Assembly: GCA_964432695.1 (NCBI GenBank)
Contig: CAYSPB010000001.1
Span: 30,138-94,137, forward strand
Direction: 5' to 3'
From: an uncultured Nannocystaceae bacterium
GTDB taxonomy: Bacteria; Myxococcota_A; Polyangia; Nannocystales; Nannocystaceae
Length of the DNA: 64,000 nt
The position numbers and the translations under genes are program-made. Each line of letters opens with the position of its first letter. The stretch's first letter is position 1. Below the pieces are notes generated by a model. The model was not told the DNA's origin, did no database searches, and saw nothing but the letters and a program-made list of their open reading frames with translations. This document shows positions 34,894 through 46,100 of this stretch, in pieces.

Positions 34894-35541
34894 ATGGGCC
34901 GCCGCGTTCGACAACACGTGAACCCGCTGGGGATCAAGTACAGCACCCCGCGCGCGGTTGCCGTGGATCGTCCGGCCCACCTTGGTCCCGACTGCGAGGT
35001 CGATGTCGAGCTGGGATGCGCAGACGGCCAGTTCAGTTTCCAGCTAGCAGAGGCCGATCCCACGCGGTTCGTGGTCGGACTGGAAATTCGCGACAAGGTC
35101 GTCGAGATCAACCGCCGCAAAGTCGCCGCGGCCGGTTTGCGCAACCTCGAGTTCGCGTACGTGAACATGGGCGTCGATCTGGATCGCGTCTTCGGCCCTA
35201 CGAGCGTCGACCGATTCCACATTCTGTTTCCCGACCCCTGGTTCAAAGCCCGGCACCACAAGCGGCGGGTTGTGGAGCTGGGACTCTGCGAGACGATGGC
35301 GACGCAGCTGCGCCCAGGAGGTGAGCTGCACTTCGCATCCGACGTGTACGAGGTGGCTCTCGAAGCGCTCTACGAGCTCGAAGCGCCCGAGGTCGCGGCG
35401 ATGGGCTTCGACAACATGGCCGGGCCGTGGAGCTTCTGGCGCGGCAACCCGTATCCGGCGGCGTCCAAGCGCGAAGACACCACCCACAAACGCGGGCAGC
35501 GAGTGTGGAGAATCCGGTATCGCTACACCCCGCCGGCTTGA
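34894..35541 (+). CDS. trmB: tRNA (guanine-N7)-methyltransferase
   Basis: Starts MGRRVRQHVNPL. SAM motif is VELGCADGQF. Has the hallmark HILFPDPWFKARHHKRR. Confidence 0.9.
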   Translation: MGRRVRQHVNPLGIKYSTPRAVAVDRPAHLGPDCEVDVELGCADGQFSFQLAEADPTRFVVGLEIRDKVVEINRRKVAAAGLRNLEFAYVNMGVDLDRVFGPTSVDRFHILFPDPWFKARHHKRRVVELGLCETMATQLRPGGELHFASDVYEVALEALYELEAPEVAAMGFDNMAGPWSFWRGNPYPAASKREDTTHKRGQRVWRIRYRYTPPA

Positions 35542-35547
35542 GTTCGG

Positions 35548-36066
35548 CTACTCGTACGGTGGCGCGAGCGTAGACGCGGGCGGAAGCTCGAACGCATCGG
35601 GAAGTGCTTCGCAGTTCTCGTATGCGTTCGCGGCGCTGCGAACGGCCGCCACGTCGTCGCCGGCGGCCGCCATCTTGTCGCCGATCGCGTCGACGCAGGT
35701 GCAGTACGACAGCGAGGCCTTGCGCGTGTCCTCATCGCCGCAGGGCACCGCCTGCACGTCCGCGGCCCAGGCATTGAAGTGGGGCCGACAGTCCAGGCTG
35801 GGGAACTCGACGCCGATGACGCAGCCGCACAGCCCCTCGTCTCGGTCCATGTCAATTTGGCCAGCGCACAGCTCCTTCATGTAGCCGTCCGTGGCGCGCA
35901 GGCGCGCGTCGAGGTCCTTCGCGCCTCCGAGGATGACGCCGACGAAGGTCGGGATGACGAAGTAGGCGATGACACCCACCAGCGGCAGGGCCAGCACGGC
36001 ACCCAAAATCAGCCCGGGCACCCGCGACCGCGGCGGATCCTCGATGTCGGCCAGCATCGGCATCAT
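35548..36066 (-). CDS. Membrane-anchored Cys-rich hypothetical protein
   Basis: 172 aa. One TM (GLILGAVLALPLVGVIAYFVIPTFVGVILGG) is followed by a domain with 9 Cys. No family recognised. Confidence 0.55.
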   Translation of the reverse strand: MMPMLADIEDPPRSRVPGLILGAVLALPLVGVIAYFVIPTFVGVILGGAKDLDARLRATDGYMKELCAGQIDMDRDEGLCGCVIGVEFPSLDCRPHFNAWAADVQAVPCGDEDTRKASLSYCTCVDAIGDKMAAAGDDVAAVRSAANAYENCEALPDAFELPPASTLAPPYE

Positions 36067-36194
36067 GGGCAGTCTAACGGGCGAGCCGGTCCTTCGCTTT
36101 CTGTGTGCAGATCGCGCAGCTGGGGAATGGTCCCTCGAATGTGGAAGCTGACCACCCCCGCGACGTTCGTGTGACAGCTGCGCCCCGCACCCCC

Positions 36195-36223
36195 TTGTTT
36201 ACGCAAGGGCCGCGTACGATACT
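36195..36223 (+). promoter_or_regulatory. Candidate sigma70-type promoter for 36259-36996
   Basis: TTGTTT (36195-36200), a 17-nt spacer, then GATACT (36218-36223), about 35 nt before the ATG. A 6-bp inverted repeat cccttg/caaggg overlaps the -35. Confidence 0.25.
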
Positions 36224-36258
36224 CCGCCACCAGCTTCGGCGCCGAGGCTTCCAGACCC

Positions 36259-36996
36259 ATGCGTACCCACGCCCTCATCGCGAATCTGACGTCTCCTACC
36301 CTCTCTTTGGCCCTTGCTCTGGCGCCCAGCGCCGCGATGGCGGCGCCGGCCGAGGGTGAAGCCGCCGCGCCGGCCGAGGGTGAAGCTGCTCCCGCCGAGG
36401 CCGAAGCTGCTCCCGCCGAGGGCGATGCCGCAGCTGCGGACGCGCCGACCGAGGGTGAAGCCGCGCCAGCCGAGGGCGATGCCGCTCCGCCGGCCGAAGG
36501 CGAGGTTCTCCCCGATCCTCCGCCCGAAGAGCCCGAGCCCGAGCCGGAACCGGAACCGGAACCGGTCGCGGAACAGCCGCCCCCACCGGAGGTTGCGGAA
36601 CCCGAGTACGACCCCGAAGAGGACCGTCCGGACGAGCCGACCATCAATGGCAAGCCGCGCACCGGCAAGGGCATGATGATCGCTGGCGGTGCCGTGATGG
36701 CCGCAGGCATTGGTGCGACCGCGGGCTTCGCCGCGATGACCCGCGGCTGCAGCCTCGATGGGCCGCTGCAGTGTCGTTACGAGTCGCAGGACCAGTTCCT
36801 GATCCCGCTCGGCGTGGCGGTGCTGCTCACGGGCACCATCCTCCTGTCTGTCGGCGTCGGCTACCACTTCAACTACAAGAAGTGGAAGGCATGGACGCCC
36901 GAGGCCGACAAGAAGAAGAAGCGACGTCGTGCAACCGTCGTCGCGCCGACCTTGGTCAAGGGCGGTGCGGGCCTCGGCTGGGCCGGGCGCTTCTAG
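36259..36996 (+). CDS. Secreted/membrane protein with acidic APAEGEA and EP repeats and two C-terminal TM segments
   Basis: 245 aa. Has a signal-like N-terminus (LSLALALAPSAAMA), repeats of AEGEAAP, (EP)n, then a TM pair and a KKKKRRR stop-transfer. Confidence 0.65.
   Translation: MRTHALIANLTSPTLSLALALAPSAAMAAPAEGEAAAPAEGEAAPAEAEAAPAEGDAAAADAPTEGEAAPAEGDAAPPAEGEVLPDPPPEEPEPEPEPEPEPVAEQPPPPEVAEPEYDPEEDRPDEPTINGKPRTGKGMMIAGGAVMAAGIGATAGFAAMTRGCSLDGPLQCRYESQDQFLIPLGVAVLLTGTILLSVGVGYHFNYKKWKAWTPEADKKKKRRRATVVAPTLVKGGAGLGWAGRF
36343..36570 (+). repeat. Coding imperfect tandem repeats (about 21-nt GCCGAGGGTGAAGCYGC units, then GAGCCS/GAACCG hexamers)
   Basis: Read directly from the sequence. Encodes the APAEGEA and EPEPEP tracts. 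Confidence 0.7.
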
Positions 36997-37015
36997 GTCC
37001 GATCGCGCGTCGACC

Positions 37016-37053
37016 AAAAACGGCCAGTCTCCGCCCGGATTCTGGCCGTTTTT
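37016..37053 (+). terminator. Rho-independent (potentially bidirectional) terminator
   Basis: Perfect 12-bp stem aaaaacggccag (37016-37027) with ctggccgttttt (37042-37053), and a 14-nt loop. It lies 20 nt after the stop at 36996. Confidence 0.7.
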
Positions 37054-37105
37054 GCGTGGTTTGCCGCGGCCTACGGCCGTCCGGTACACCAAGGTCGTGG
37101 CTTGG

Positions 37106-38569
37106 ATGAATCGGGCGTGGAGGATGGGAGTTGCGGCGCTGGTGCTGTCCGGCGGTTGCTTTGCCGAGCCCTCCGAGATCGACCCTGAAGGCTCGACGTC
37201 CCAAGCGGATACCGGGTCCGCGACGCAGGTGAACCCCAGCACGACGTCGGTCGGCGACGGCGAGCCTGACTCGAGCAGCACGACGCTCGCAACGGAGACG
37301 ACCGGCACTGGCTCAACCGGCTCGACCGGCGATGACGCGACGGGCGGAGGGCCGCCGGTGCCCTCGATGCTTCGATTCACGCCCGAGCCCGAGGTTCTCT
37401 TCAACGATGCCGCCCGGGTCGGCTCTCGACTCATCGCCGTCGGAACGTCCCTGAACGACGGCCAGGACTTCGGCCAGTCGGTCATCGCATACATCGACGG
37501 CCCCGGGACTGCCCGTTTCGACGAGCCGCTCGAGGACGACGTTGCGGACGAACTCTACGCGATCGCCACCAACGACGACGCGACGAGCTATGCCGCGGTC
37601 GGGCGGGCTGGCGACGCGCAAACCTTCGGTGCATCCGTGATTCTCGGGGATGAAGGCGGCGAGGACTTCGTCATCGACATCCGGACGCAGTTTGGCGAAG
37701 ACCTGTCCTTGGAGGCCACCGCGGTAGCACGCGGGGAGAATCACTGGCTCGTGGCGGGTACCGTTCAAGACGGCTCCATGTTTCTCGCCCAGGTCGACGA
37801 TGAGGGTGGGGTCCCGACCATCGATCAGTACACCAGCGTGGACGCAGATGCGATGTTGCGCCCACTGGCGATCGCGGTCGGCGAGAACGACTTTGTCCTC
37901 TCGGCCGTCGAGGTCGGCGTTGCAGGACGCCGCGCGGTGGTCGCTCGAGGCAATGCCGCGACGTCGGCGCTGACGAATGCGTTCGTCCTGTCGGGAACGA
38001 CCTCGATGCGGATCTTCGACATCGTGCCCAGCCCGTGGCGCATGGACGAGTGGCTGCTCGTCGGCGAGTACGACGACGGCATGCTCGTCGGCGGCTTCGA
38101 TCCCAACAACGAACCGATGTTCTCGTTCGTCTCGAACGCGTCGCTGCCTCCGGCACGGGCGGCAGAAATGGACGCTGGCACCGTTTGGATCGCCGGCGAG
38201 AGTGTCGAGGGCGCTGGCGGTGCCGTGTTCGTCGGCACGGTCACCGACAGGGGAGCCGTCACCGCGCTCGAGCTGTCGGGTCTGACGCTGAATCCGGGCG
38301 GCCGTGCTCCGTTGGAAGCCGGGGCGGGCCGGGCAACGCTCGTCGCCGCAGGTCCAAGCGGGAGTGCCACCGTCGTCCCGGTGTCCGGCATGCTGAGCAC
38401 GTCCTGCGAAGGCGAGCCGTTCGGGGAGGCCGAGCGTGGCGCACTGGCGGAGGTGAGCCCAGTGGTCCTGGGCTACCCGTTCAGCGCTGGAACGGTTCCC
38501 GTCATCGGCTTCCCCCTGGTCCCCCGGAGCATGTCGACTCCCCAGGACCCCGAAGATCTTTGTCCGTGA
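37106..38569 (+). CDS. Hypothetical lipoprotein (repetitive beta-rich body, possibly propeller-like)
   Basis: The ATG at 37106 gives MNRAWRMGVAALVLSGGC (lipobox). An acidic S/T/G/D linker follows, then about 400 aa with no recognised family. Confidence 0.65.
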   Translation: MNRAWRMGVAALVLSGGCFAEPSEIDPEGSTSQADTGSATQVNPSTTSVGDGEPDSSSTTLATETTGTGSTGSTGDDATGGGPPVPSMLRFTPEPEVLFNDAARVGSRLIAVGTSLNDGQDFGQSVIAYIDGPGTARFDEPLEDDVADELYAIATNDDATSYAAVGRAGDAQTFGASVILGDEGGEDFVIDIRTQFGEDLSLEATAVARGENHWLVAGTVQDGSMFLAQVDDEGGVPTIDQYTSVDADAMLRPLAIAVGENDFVLSAVEVGVAGRRAVVARGNAATSALTNAFVLSGTTSMRIFDIVPSPWRMDEWLLVGEYDDGMLVGGFDPNNEPMFSFVSNASLPPARAAEMDAGTVWIAGESVEGAGGAVFVGTVTDRGAVTALELSGLTLNPGGRAPLEAGAGRATLVAAGPSGSATVVPVSGMLSTSCEGEPFGEAERGALAEVSPVVLGYPFSAGTVPVIGFPLVPRSMSTPQDPEDLCP

Positions 38570-38588
38570 TGGATATCCGCGGCGTCTA

Positions 38589-39005
38589 TCACCGGCGCCG
38601 ATTGACGACCGAGTTCGCAATGTCGGCGAGCAGCTCGAGGTCTTCGAGACGAGCTCGGTGCACCACCGTGCTGAGTTTCGCGCGGGCGATACCCTCCGGC
38701 GTGGCTTGGCTGACCTCATGCGCTTCGGGCAGCATCGCGCCGACGGAGATGCCCATCCCGTCCGCGATCCGAAGCAGCGTACGGAGCCCCGGACTGCTGT
38801 AGTGACCGTTTTCGAGCCGAGAGACCATGTCCGTCGCGATGCCAGCCGACTTTGCGAGCGCGTTTTGGGTCAGGCCACGTTCTTCTCGGAGCGAACGCAC
38901 GCGCTGCCCGAGTTCGAACATGTATGTGCGTTCGTGGTGACGCCGGCTGAACCCTTCGTCCGTTTCGTCCGCGGGGGGTTCGCCAAATTTCGGCTGCTCC
39001 GCCAT
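38589..39005 (-). CDS. XRE-family helix-turn-helix transcriptional regulator
   Basis: Starting at MAEQPKF (39005). HTH is LGQRVRSLREERGLTQNALAKSAGIATDMVSRLENG. 138 aa. Confidence 0.8.
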   Translation of the reverse strand: MAEQPKFGEPPADETDEGFSRRHHERTYMFELGQRVRSLREERGLTQNALAKSAGIATDMVSRLENGHYSSPGLRTLLRIADGMGISVGAMLPEAHEVSQATPEGIARAKLSTVVHRARLEDLELLADIANSVVNRRR

Positions 39006-39073
39006 GAGCCGCGCAGGATGCCATACCTCAACCGGCGGAGGGCCCGCGGGCCGGTGTGTCGGCACGCGCTAGA

Positions 39074-40039
39074 TCACTGGAACAAAAACAATGTGGCCTC
39101 ACCGGTGACCGCCCATCTTCCGCGCACCTTGCAGTCCAGACCTCGGTCGAGCCCGTAGTTGTAGACCGACACGGCCTGCGTATCGACCTGACCTCCATTG
39201 ACGGCCAGCGGGACGAACGTTTCGACCGGCACGCCGTCTGGGAGCGCGAGGTCTTGGCCGATCCCGAACCGGACGCCCAGTGAGCCGGGGTCGAGGCAGC
39301 CGTTGTCCTCACCGCAGGGCGATGGGGCCACGGGCTCGGTCTCGTTGAGCACCGGCCCGGCGGGGGAGGGGACCGGCGGAAGCGCTTCCCCGGGAATGTT
39401 GCTCAGCCCGAACCACAGTTCGCCCTCGTCTCCCCAGAACATCATCGCGTCCCAGTAGCAGGCGTCACCGCCGGAGGCGTACCCGTAGAGCCACATTTCG
39501 CCGCAAACCGAAGTCGCGTCATCCTCGAACAGCGCGGGGAGCGGCAGCTGAGGAATGAACAGTCGGACGGAAGGCGCGTCGTTGGCCGACGTGCATTCCA
39601 CGCCCGGGTCGTCGCAGCCTTCGGCGAGGGTCACGATGACGTCGCCGTCATCGCTTGGCCCGATGCGCACGCATGCCGCGGGATTCACGGGGGTGCCCCG
39701 CGGCTGGCCGCACGCATCGAGAAACGCCGGAAAGTCGATGAACCACTGTTCGTCCTCGCATGAGGGCGGAGGCTCGTTGCCGGTTTCATCAACACCATCA
39801 ACGCCGGTCGCCGAAGGGGGGGCCGCCGTCGTGCCGTCCTCGGCACTCGTCTTTGCGTCCCCCGAGGCGCCCGTGCCTGTGGCGACCGCGCTGGACGTGC
39901 TGGGCGCGGCGCTGCTCACGGATGCGGGCGGGGACCCGGTCTCGCCCGACCTCTCGGTGTCACCGAACGCCGCGTTCTCGCGCACGCAGCCGGTCACCAT
40001 GCCCGCGACCAGCACCCCCAACCCCCAGCGCTCCATCAC
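39074..40039 (-). CDS. Hypothetical lipoprotein
   Basis: MMERWGLGVLVAGMVTGC (lipobox), then a Ser/Thr/Ala/Gly-rich linker and a Cys-containing roughly 220-aa domain. No family recognised. Confidence 0.65.
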   Translation of the reverse strand: MMERWGLGVLVAGMVTGCVRENAAFGDTERSGETGSPPASVSSAAPSTSSAVATGTGASGDAKTSAEDGTTAAPPSATGVDGVDETGNEPPPSCEDEQWFIDFPAFLDACGQPRGTPVNPAACVRIGPSDDGDVIVTLAEGCDDPGVECTSANDAPSVRLFIPQLPLPALFEDDATSVCGEMWLYGYASGGDACYWDAMMFWGDEGELWFGLSNIPGEALPPVPSPAGPVLNETEPVAPSPCGEDNGCLDPGSLGVRFGIGQDLALPDGVPVETFVPLAVNGGQVDTQAVSVYNYGLDRGLDCKVRGRWAVTGEATLFLFQ

Positions 40040-40060
40040 GCTCAGTATGCCGCGACGGGC

Positions 40061-42214
40061 TCAGGCATCAAACTCCAGCGTCCGCGCCTCGAGCACGTGA
40101 ATCCGATCGCGGATGCGCGCGGCTTCTTCGTAGCGGAGGTCCTTCGCCAGCGCCGCCATTTGCTCCTTGAGCTCTTTGACCCGCTCCGCGATTTCGCTGG
40201 GCAGCAGATCCTCGTCGCGGATCTCACCGACGCCCACAGGCATCGCATCCGCGTCCTTCTTCTTGCCGCGACCCTTCCCGCGTCCGCGACCCTTGGCGGC
40301 CGGGACGTTCGCGGGTTCGTCCGATTTTTCGTTCGAAACCCTCGAGATGGACCGCTTCACCGTCGTAGGCGTGATGCCGTGCTCGGCGTTGTATTCCTCC
40401 TGCACGGCGCGACGCCGATCGGTCTCGTCCATCGCCTGCTGCATGCTGTCGGTGATGCGATCCGCGTACATGATTACGCGGCCGTCGGCATTTCGCGCAG
40501 CGCGGCCGATGGTCTGAATCAGGCTGCGTGCCGATCGCAAGAAGCCTTCTTTGTCGGCGTCGAGAATCGCGACGAGGCTGACCTCGGGAATGTCGAGGCC
40601 CTCGCGCAGCAGGTTGATGCCGACGAGGACGTCATACTCGCCTTGGCGCAGCGCTCGGATCAGCTCGATGCGCTCGAGGGTATCGATGTCGGAGTGCAGG
40701 TACCGAACGCGGATGCCGAGGTCCGCGTAGTACTCCGTGAGGTCCTCGGCCATGCGCTTGGTCAGCGTCGTCACGAGGATTCGCTCTTCGCGATCGATCC
40801 GGATCTTGATCTCGTCGAGCAGGTCGTCGATCTGCCCTTGGATGGGTCGCACCTCGATCGGTGGGTCGAGCAGACCGGTTGGGCGGATGATCTGTTCCAC
40901 GACTGCGCCACCGGTCTTCTCGAGCTCGTAGTCACCCGGCGTTGCGCTCATGAACACGGCTTGGCCGATGCGGTCTTCCCACTCGCCGAACTTGAGCGGG
41001 CGGTTGTCCATGGCGCTGGGCAGACGGAAGCCGTGGTCGACGAGCGTCTCCTTGCGGCTGCGGTCGCCGCGGAACATGGCGCCGATCTGCGAGATGGTCT
41101 GGTGCGACTCGTCCACGACCATGAGAAAGTCGTCGGGGAAGTAGTCGATGAGGGTTGGCGGTGCCTCGCCCTGTTTGCGACCCGTGAGATGGCGCGAGTA
41201 GTTCTCGATGCCGGAGCATCGGCCCATCTCCTGCATCATTTCGATGTCGAACATCGTGCGCTGCTCGAGACGCTGGGCTTCGAGCAGTTTCTCGCCGCCG
41301 CGAAGCTCGGTCAGCCGCACCTGGAGCTCCTCTTGAATGCCTTTGACCGCGCGGCGTAGACGGGCTCCGGGCGTGACGTAGTGGCTTGCGGGGAACAGGG
41401 TGACCCGAGGTAGCGACTGCTTCGGATGGCCGCGTAGCGGGTCGATCTCTCGAATGGCCTCGACGTCATCGCCGAAGAACTCGATGCGAATGGCCGTGTC
41501 GTCTTCGTACGCGGGGAACACCTCGACCACGTCACCCCGCACGCGGAACGTCCCGCGGTGAAAGTCGATGTCGTTCCGCTCGTACTGCATCTGCACGAGG
41601 CGCCGCAGCAGCTGGTCACGGTCGAGCTCGTCACCCACGGTGATCTGCGCGACCATGCCCAGGTACGCCTCGGCGGCACCGATGCCGTAGATGCACGACA
41701 CCGAGGCGACGATCAGCACGTCGCGACGACTCAGCAGCGAGTACGTCGCGGCGTGGCGCATGCGATCGATCTGCTCGTTGATCGTCGAGTCCTTCTCGAT
41801 ATACGTGTCCGTCGACGCGACGTACGCCTCGGGCTGGTAGTAGTCGTAGTAGCTGACGAAGTACTCGACCGCGTTGTTGGGAAACAGCGAGCAGAACTCG
41901 GAGTACAGCTGAGCGGCGAGGGTCTTGTTGTGCGCGAGCACCAGCGTCGGTCGCTGAATCTTCTCGACCACGTTCGCGATGGTGAACGTCTTGCCGCTTC
42001 CCGTGATGCCCAGCAGCTGCTGGTACGCCTCGCCTCCCTCGATGCCCTGCACGAGCGCGTCGATGGCGGCGGGTTGACCGCCCGCAGGCTTGAACTCCGA
42101 GACCAACTCGAACGGGCGGTCGAGCGGTTCGGGCAGCTCGACGAGGTTGGCGTCCCAATCGTCGACGTTGGGGTCTACGGCGGCGGGGGCCGCGAGGCGC
42201 TGGCGGGGCGGCAT
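40061..42214 (-). CDS. uvrB: Excinuclease ABC subunit B
   Basis: 717 aa. Has Walker [11 protein letters not shown], helicase motifs (DESH, TATPG-like SATPGDYE) and the C-terminal UVR domain ([13 protein letters not shown]). Confidence 0.97.
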   Translation of the reverse strand: MPPRQRLAAPAAVDPNVDDWDANLVELPEPLDRPFELVSEFKPAGGQPAAIDALVQGIEGGEAYQQLLGITGSGKTFTIANVVEKIQRPTLVLAHNKTLAAQLYSEFCSLFPNNAVEYFVSYYDYYQPEAYVASTDTYIEKDSTINEQIDRMRHAATYSLLSRRDVLIVASVSCIYGIGAAEAYLGMVAQITVGDELDRDQLLRRLVQMQYERNDIDFHRGTFRVRGDVVEVFPAYEDDTAIRIEFFGDDVEAIREIDPLRGHPKQSLPRVTLFPASHYVTPGARLRRAVKGIQEELQVRLTELRGGEKLLEAQRLEQRTMFDIEMMQEMGRCSGIENYSRHLTGRKQGEAPPTLIDYFPDDFLMVVDESHQTISQIGAMFRGDRSRKETLVDHGFRLPSAMDNRPLKFGEWEDRIGQAVFMSATPGDYELEKTGGAVVEQIIRPTGLLDPPIEVRPIQGQIDDLLDEIKIRIDREERILVTTLTKRMAEDLTEYYADLGIRVRYLHSDIDTLERIELIRALRQGEYDVLVGINLLREGLDIPEVSLVAILDADKEGFLRSARSLIQTIGRAARNADGRVIMYADRITDSMQQAMDETDRRRAVQEEYNAEHGITPTTVKRSISRVSNEKSDEPANVPAAKGRGRGKGRGKKKDADAMPVGVGEIRDEDLLPSEIAERVKELKEQMAALAKDLRYEEAARIRDRIHVLEARTLEFDA

Positions 42215-42350
42215 GGCCCGGGCAGTCTACGGTGCGTCGCTCGTCGGCGCTCGACCGCACAGCACGTCTTCTGACAGCAGGTTGTCAGGTATGTCCGTGG
42301 GAACGGCCACCCCAACACCGCGGCGCGTCGAACCCGTCAAATGACCTGGG

Positions 42351-42944
42351 TCAGCCGATCAGGTCGGCGGCTTCGCCGAGCGCCCAGAGCGTTTTTCGCA
42401 CGGGCCACGTCACGACGCTGGCAACGTCGCTGATGGGGATCATCACGGCATCGACGACGTCGTGAGCGACGGTTCGCTGCGGAACCGGGTCGGCCTGGCG
42501 CCGGGTGTCGATCCGGGGGAGCCGACTCGGCGGGGGCGGCGTCCACATGCCGGCGGTCGCCGGAGCTCGTGGGACCGACGTCGGTTGAGGGTTCACCGCG
42601 GTGAGCGTCTCGGGTACCGGCTTGCCGAGGGCTTCGGCCACCGCCGTCAGCAGCCGGGGCAGGTCGCCGGCGTCGAACCAGACACCGTGCGCCTTGCAGG
42701 TCTCGGCCTGGACCGGACCCGCCATGACGCTTCGCAGGGCCTGTCGGCATACCGGGCAGCGAGGGCCTTCCCCTCGCCTGCGGGCGCCGACCTCCGGGCG
42801 CAGGGCTGCAAGCAGGCGTAGACCGAAGCCGGACCCCACGAATGCCCCGGCACAACTGGGGCAGGTGAGGACGGTGTGCTCGCCGAGTGTGCTCGGCTCG
42901 AGGACGGCGTCGGCGCATCGAGGACAGCGGCAGCCGGCGAACAT
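42351..42944 (-). CDS. Tandem zinc-ribbon (zf-TFIIB-type) protein with a Pro-rich linker
   Basis: The ATG at 42944 gives MFAGCRCPRCADAV...LTCPSCAGAFV and CPVCRQAL...CKAHGVWFDAGDLPRLL. The second matches the C..C...C...G.W.D..EL pattern. 197 aa. Confidence 0.65.
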   Translation of the reverse strand: MFAGCRCPRCADAVLEPSTLGEHTVLTCPSCAGAFVGSGFGLRLLAALRPEVGARRRGEGPRCPVCRQALRSVMAGPVQAETCKAHGVWFDAGDLPRLLTAVAEALGKPVPETLTAVNPQPTSVPRAPATAGMWTPPPPSRLPRIDTRRQADPVPQRTVAHDVVDAVMIPISDVASVVTWPVRKTLWALGEAADLIG

Positions 42945-43105
42945 GCAGGTACAGCGTAGGTTGCATGGCCGCCGCCGGCCACGGCGCAACGCTCGGCGGT
43001 GTTTCGATGGCGATGCAACGGCGTTCCCGGCCCGCAGCATCCCGAGAAGGCCGAACAGCTTGCCCAGGCCGTCCCCATATGGTTCCTTTGCCCCGCGTTT
43101 GCTCC

Positions 43106-46100
43106 ATGAGCTCGACGCCGCACTCTCTCCGCCTCGACGCCTTGCTCCCTTTTGGGAGTTCGTCCGCGTTCGACTCCAGCGTGCCGCCGTCGCGCACGGC
43201 CACCGAGTCCGCGCCGGCGCTTCCGGGCGTTCCACAGCCCATCCCGGACGGCGCCACGCCCTCGCGTCCCAACGTTCCCCTGAAGGTCGGTCGCTATCGC
43301 GTACTTCGCTTCCTCGGGGCCGGTGGCATGGGCGAGGTGTACTCGGCCTGGGACCCGCACCTCGAACGACGTGTTGCGGTGAAGTGGCTCAACCGTCCTC
43401 CGAAGGACCGCGAGGCCGCGCATCCGCTGCTGCGGGAAGCCCAGGCGATGGCCCGTGTCTCTCACCCGAACGTGGTCGCGGTCTATGACGTCGGAGAGGC
43501 CGATGGTCGCGTCTTCATTGCAATGGAGTACGTATCGGGCAGCACCCTGCGTCGCTCGCTGTCGGGGCTTTCGACGGAAGCCATCGTTGCGGCCTACGTC
43601 GACGCAGGATGCGGTTTGGCCGCGGTGCACGAAGGGGGCCTCGTGCATCGGGACTTCAAGCCCGAGAACGTCTTGCGCGGCAAGGACGGACGCGTTCGCG
43701 TGCTGGACTTCGGCATCACCGTGCATGCGTCGATCTGCGGCATCACTTCGGCGGGCACGCTGGAGTACATGGCGCCCGAGCAGTTTTCGTCGAAGACCTC
43801 CGACGCTCGCTCGGACCAGTTCTCCTTCTGCGTCGCGCTGTACGAAGCACTCGAGGGCAAGCGACCGTTCACCGGAGCCTCTGCGCCCACGATCATCGCG
43901 TCGGTTTGCAAGGACCCGCCTCGACCCTTCAACCGGGTCAGCGCACCCCACGTGCGAGCCGCGATCGAGCGCGGGTTGTCCAAGGCGCCCGATGACCGGT
44001 TTCCCTCGATGCGCGCGTTGGTGGAGGCGCTGCAGACGCCCGATCTCGCGCCGCCCGAGCCCAAGCACTGGCTGTGGCTGGGCGGCGTTGGGTTGGTGAT
44101 GGGGGGCGTGGTCCTGGCGGCCACTCGCTCTGCCGGGCCGTGCGATCCGTCCAACGCGCCTTCCACGGAGACCTGGACCTCGCAGCGCGCGGAGGCGGTG
44201 CGCGAGGCGTTCGCCAAGACTCGTCTGCCGTTCGCGAGGCGATCCGCCGACGATGTCATCGGCTCGCTGGACGCGTACGCCTCGTCATGGAGCGGCGAGT
44301 GGGCAGCGGTCTGCGAGGCGACGCGAAACGCCGTCGGTACCGAACGCATGCTCGACCGCAGTCGGGTGTGCTTGGAGCGTGGTCGCTCGCACCTCGCATC
44401 TCTGGTTGCGGAGCTGGTGCAGCCCGAGCCCATGACGGTCGAACGCGCCGGTCGTGCTGCGGCCGCGTTGCCCGACGTGGCGCGGTGTCGGAACGTCGCT
44501 GCTCTCGACGAGCTTGCGCCGCTGCCTCCACGCGAGTCCGACCGAGCCGACGTTGCCCGGGCGATGTCTGCCGTCGACGAAGCGACCACGCTGATCGAGC
44601 TCGGGCGCCCACAGGACGCGGATGAACTCTTGCGCACCGCGGCGTCTGTTGTCGACCACGTCAGTCATGGGCCGCTGCACGCCGAGCTGGCGCGCGCTCG
44701 GGGCCGAGCCGCGCGGGTTGATCACGACCTGCACCGCGCGCGGACCTGGCTCGAAGAGGCCTACTACGCGGCCTACGCAGCACAGGACCGCGGTCTCGAG
44801 GCCGACGTTGCCGTGCGCCTGGCCACGCTCATCGGCCGCGACCTCGACGAGCCGACCCATGGCCGGGCGTGGCTCCGGCATGCCGAGGCTGCGGTGGCGG
44901 TCGTGGGCACGCCGCGGCGTGAACGGGTCGAGCTCGCCCTGGCTTCCGCGATCCTCGACGATGCACATGGGCAGACCACGCGCGGTCTCGAGACGGTCGA
45001 GCGTGCGCTCTCGACCATGCAACCCGACGAGGACCAGCGCGACCGTCTGCTCCGTTCGCGCGGCTCGATGCTCCGCCGCGCGGGCCGCTTTGGTGAGGCG
45101 CTCTCCGTGCAGCAAGAGCGCCTTCGGCACGCGAGCCAACGCCTGGGTCCCGAGCACCCCGAAGCCGTCCGTCTGCTGGTCGAGATCGCGGCGATTCACT
45201 ACGGAACGCGTGCGCTCGACGATGCGCGAACGCTGCTGGACGAGGCGATGGAGCTGCACCTTCGTGCGGGGGGAGAGCGCTCGTTGGACCTCGCGAACGC
45301 GCGACAGCTGCTCGCGGCCATCGAAGTCGAACACGGCAACTTCGAAGAGGCGACCCGACTGATTCGTCGCGTGGTTTCGGTGCGCCGTCGTCGACTCGGT
45401 GAAGCGCACGACGGCACCTTGGGCGCGCTGAACACCCTGGGAGCGCTGTACACGATGCGTGGAGAGCCCGAACGGGCCATCGAGATCCACACGCGCGCGC
45501 TCAAGCTTCACGAGGAGACCGACGGTGCTGACTCGCTCGGGGCCGCCGAGATGCTGATCAATCTCGCGAACGCCCTCGACGAGGTCGACAGGCTCGACGA
45601 AGCGATCGTCTCGCTCGAGCGAGCGTGTGAAGTCTTCGCGACGCGACGAGGCGGGGAGCATCCGCAGACCGCGATGTGTCGTCACAACCTGGGCAACCAG
45701 CTCGCGCGCGCCGGTCGGCCGAGCGAAGCGTTGGTGGAACTCGACGCTGCCCTCCACGTTTGGTCCGAGACGTTCGATGCCGGCGACCCACGCTCGTGCT
45801 CGACCTCGCGGGTTCGGGCTTCAACCCTGCTCGCGCTCGAGCGGGTCGAGGAAGCCGGAGCCGCGGCCGATTTCTCGTGGACCTGCGATCTGCGACAGCC
45901 GCGGCCGTCTAGTGTTGCGCTCATGGCCGACGCCGAGCTTCAGATCGAAGCGCACCTTCGCCGCGACGATGCTTCCGCAGCATGGGCGCATCTCGAGACG
46001 ATGCAGGCCCACGCCACCCCGGAGCAGGCCCTCGAGCTGCAGCTGATGCGCGTCCGGATTCACGCCCGGTCCGGCCACGTGCCCGACGCGGCACGAACGC

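Noticed and set aside
42887-43105. The N-terminal 73 codons of the 1095-aa kinase ORF as given in the track.
   Set aside because: This stretch overlaps the divergent zinc-ribbon gene and is Arg/Cys-rich. The kinase is better started at the ATG at 43106 (or 43079).
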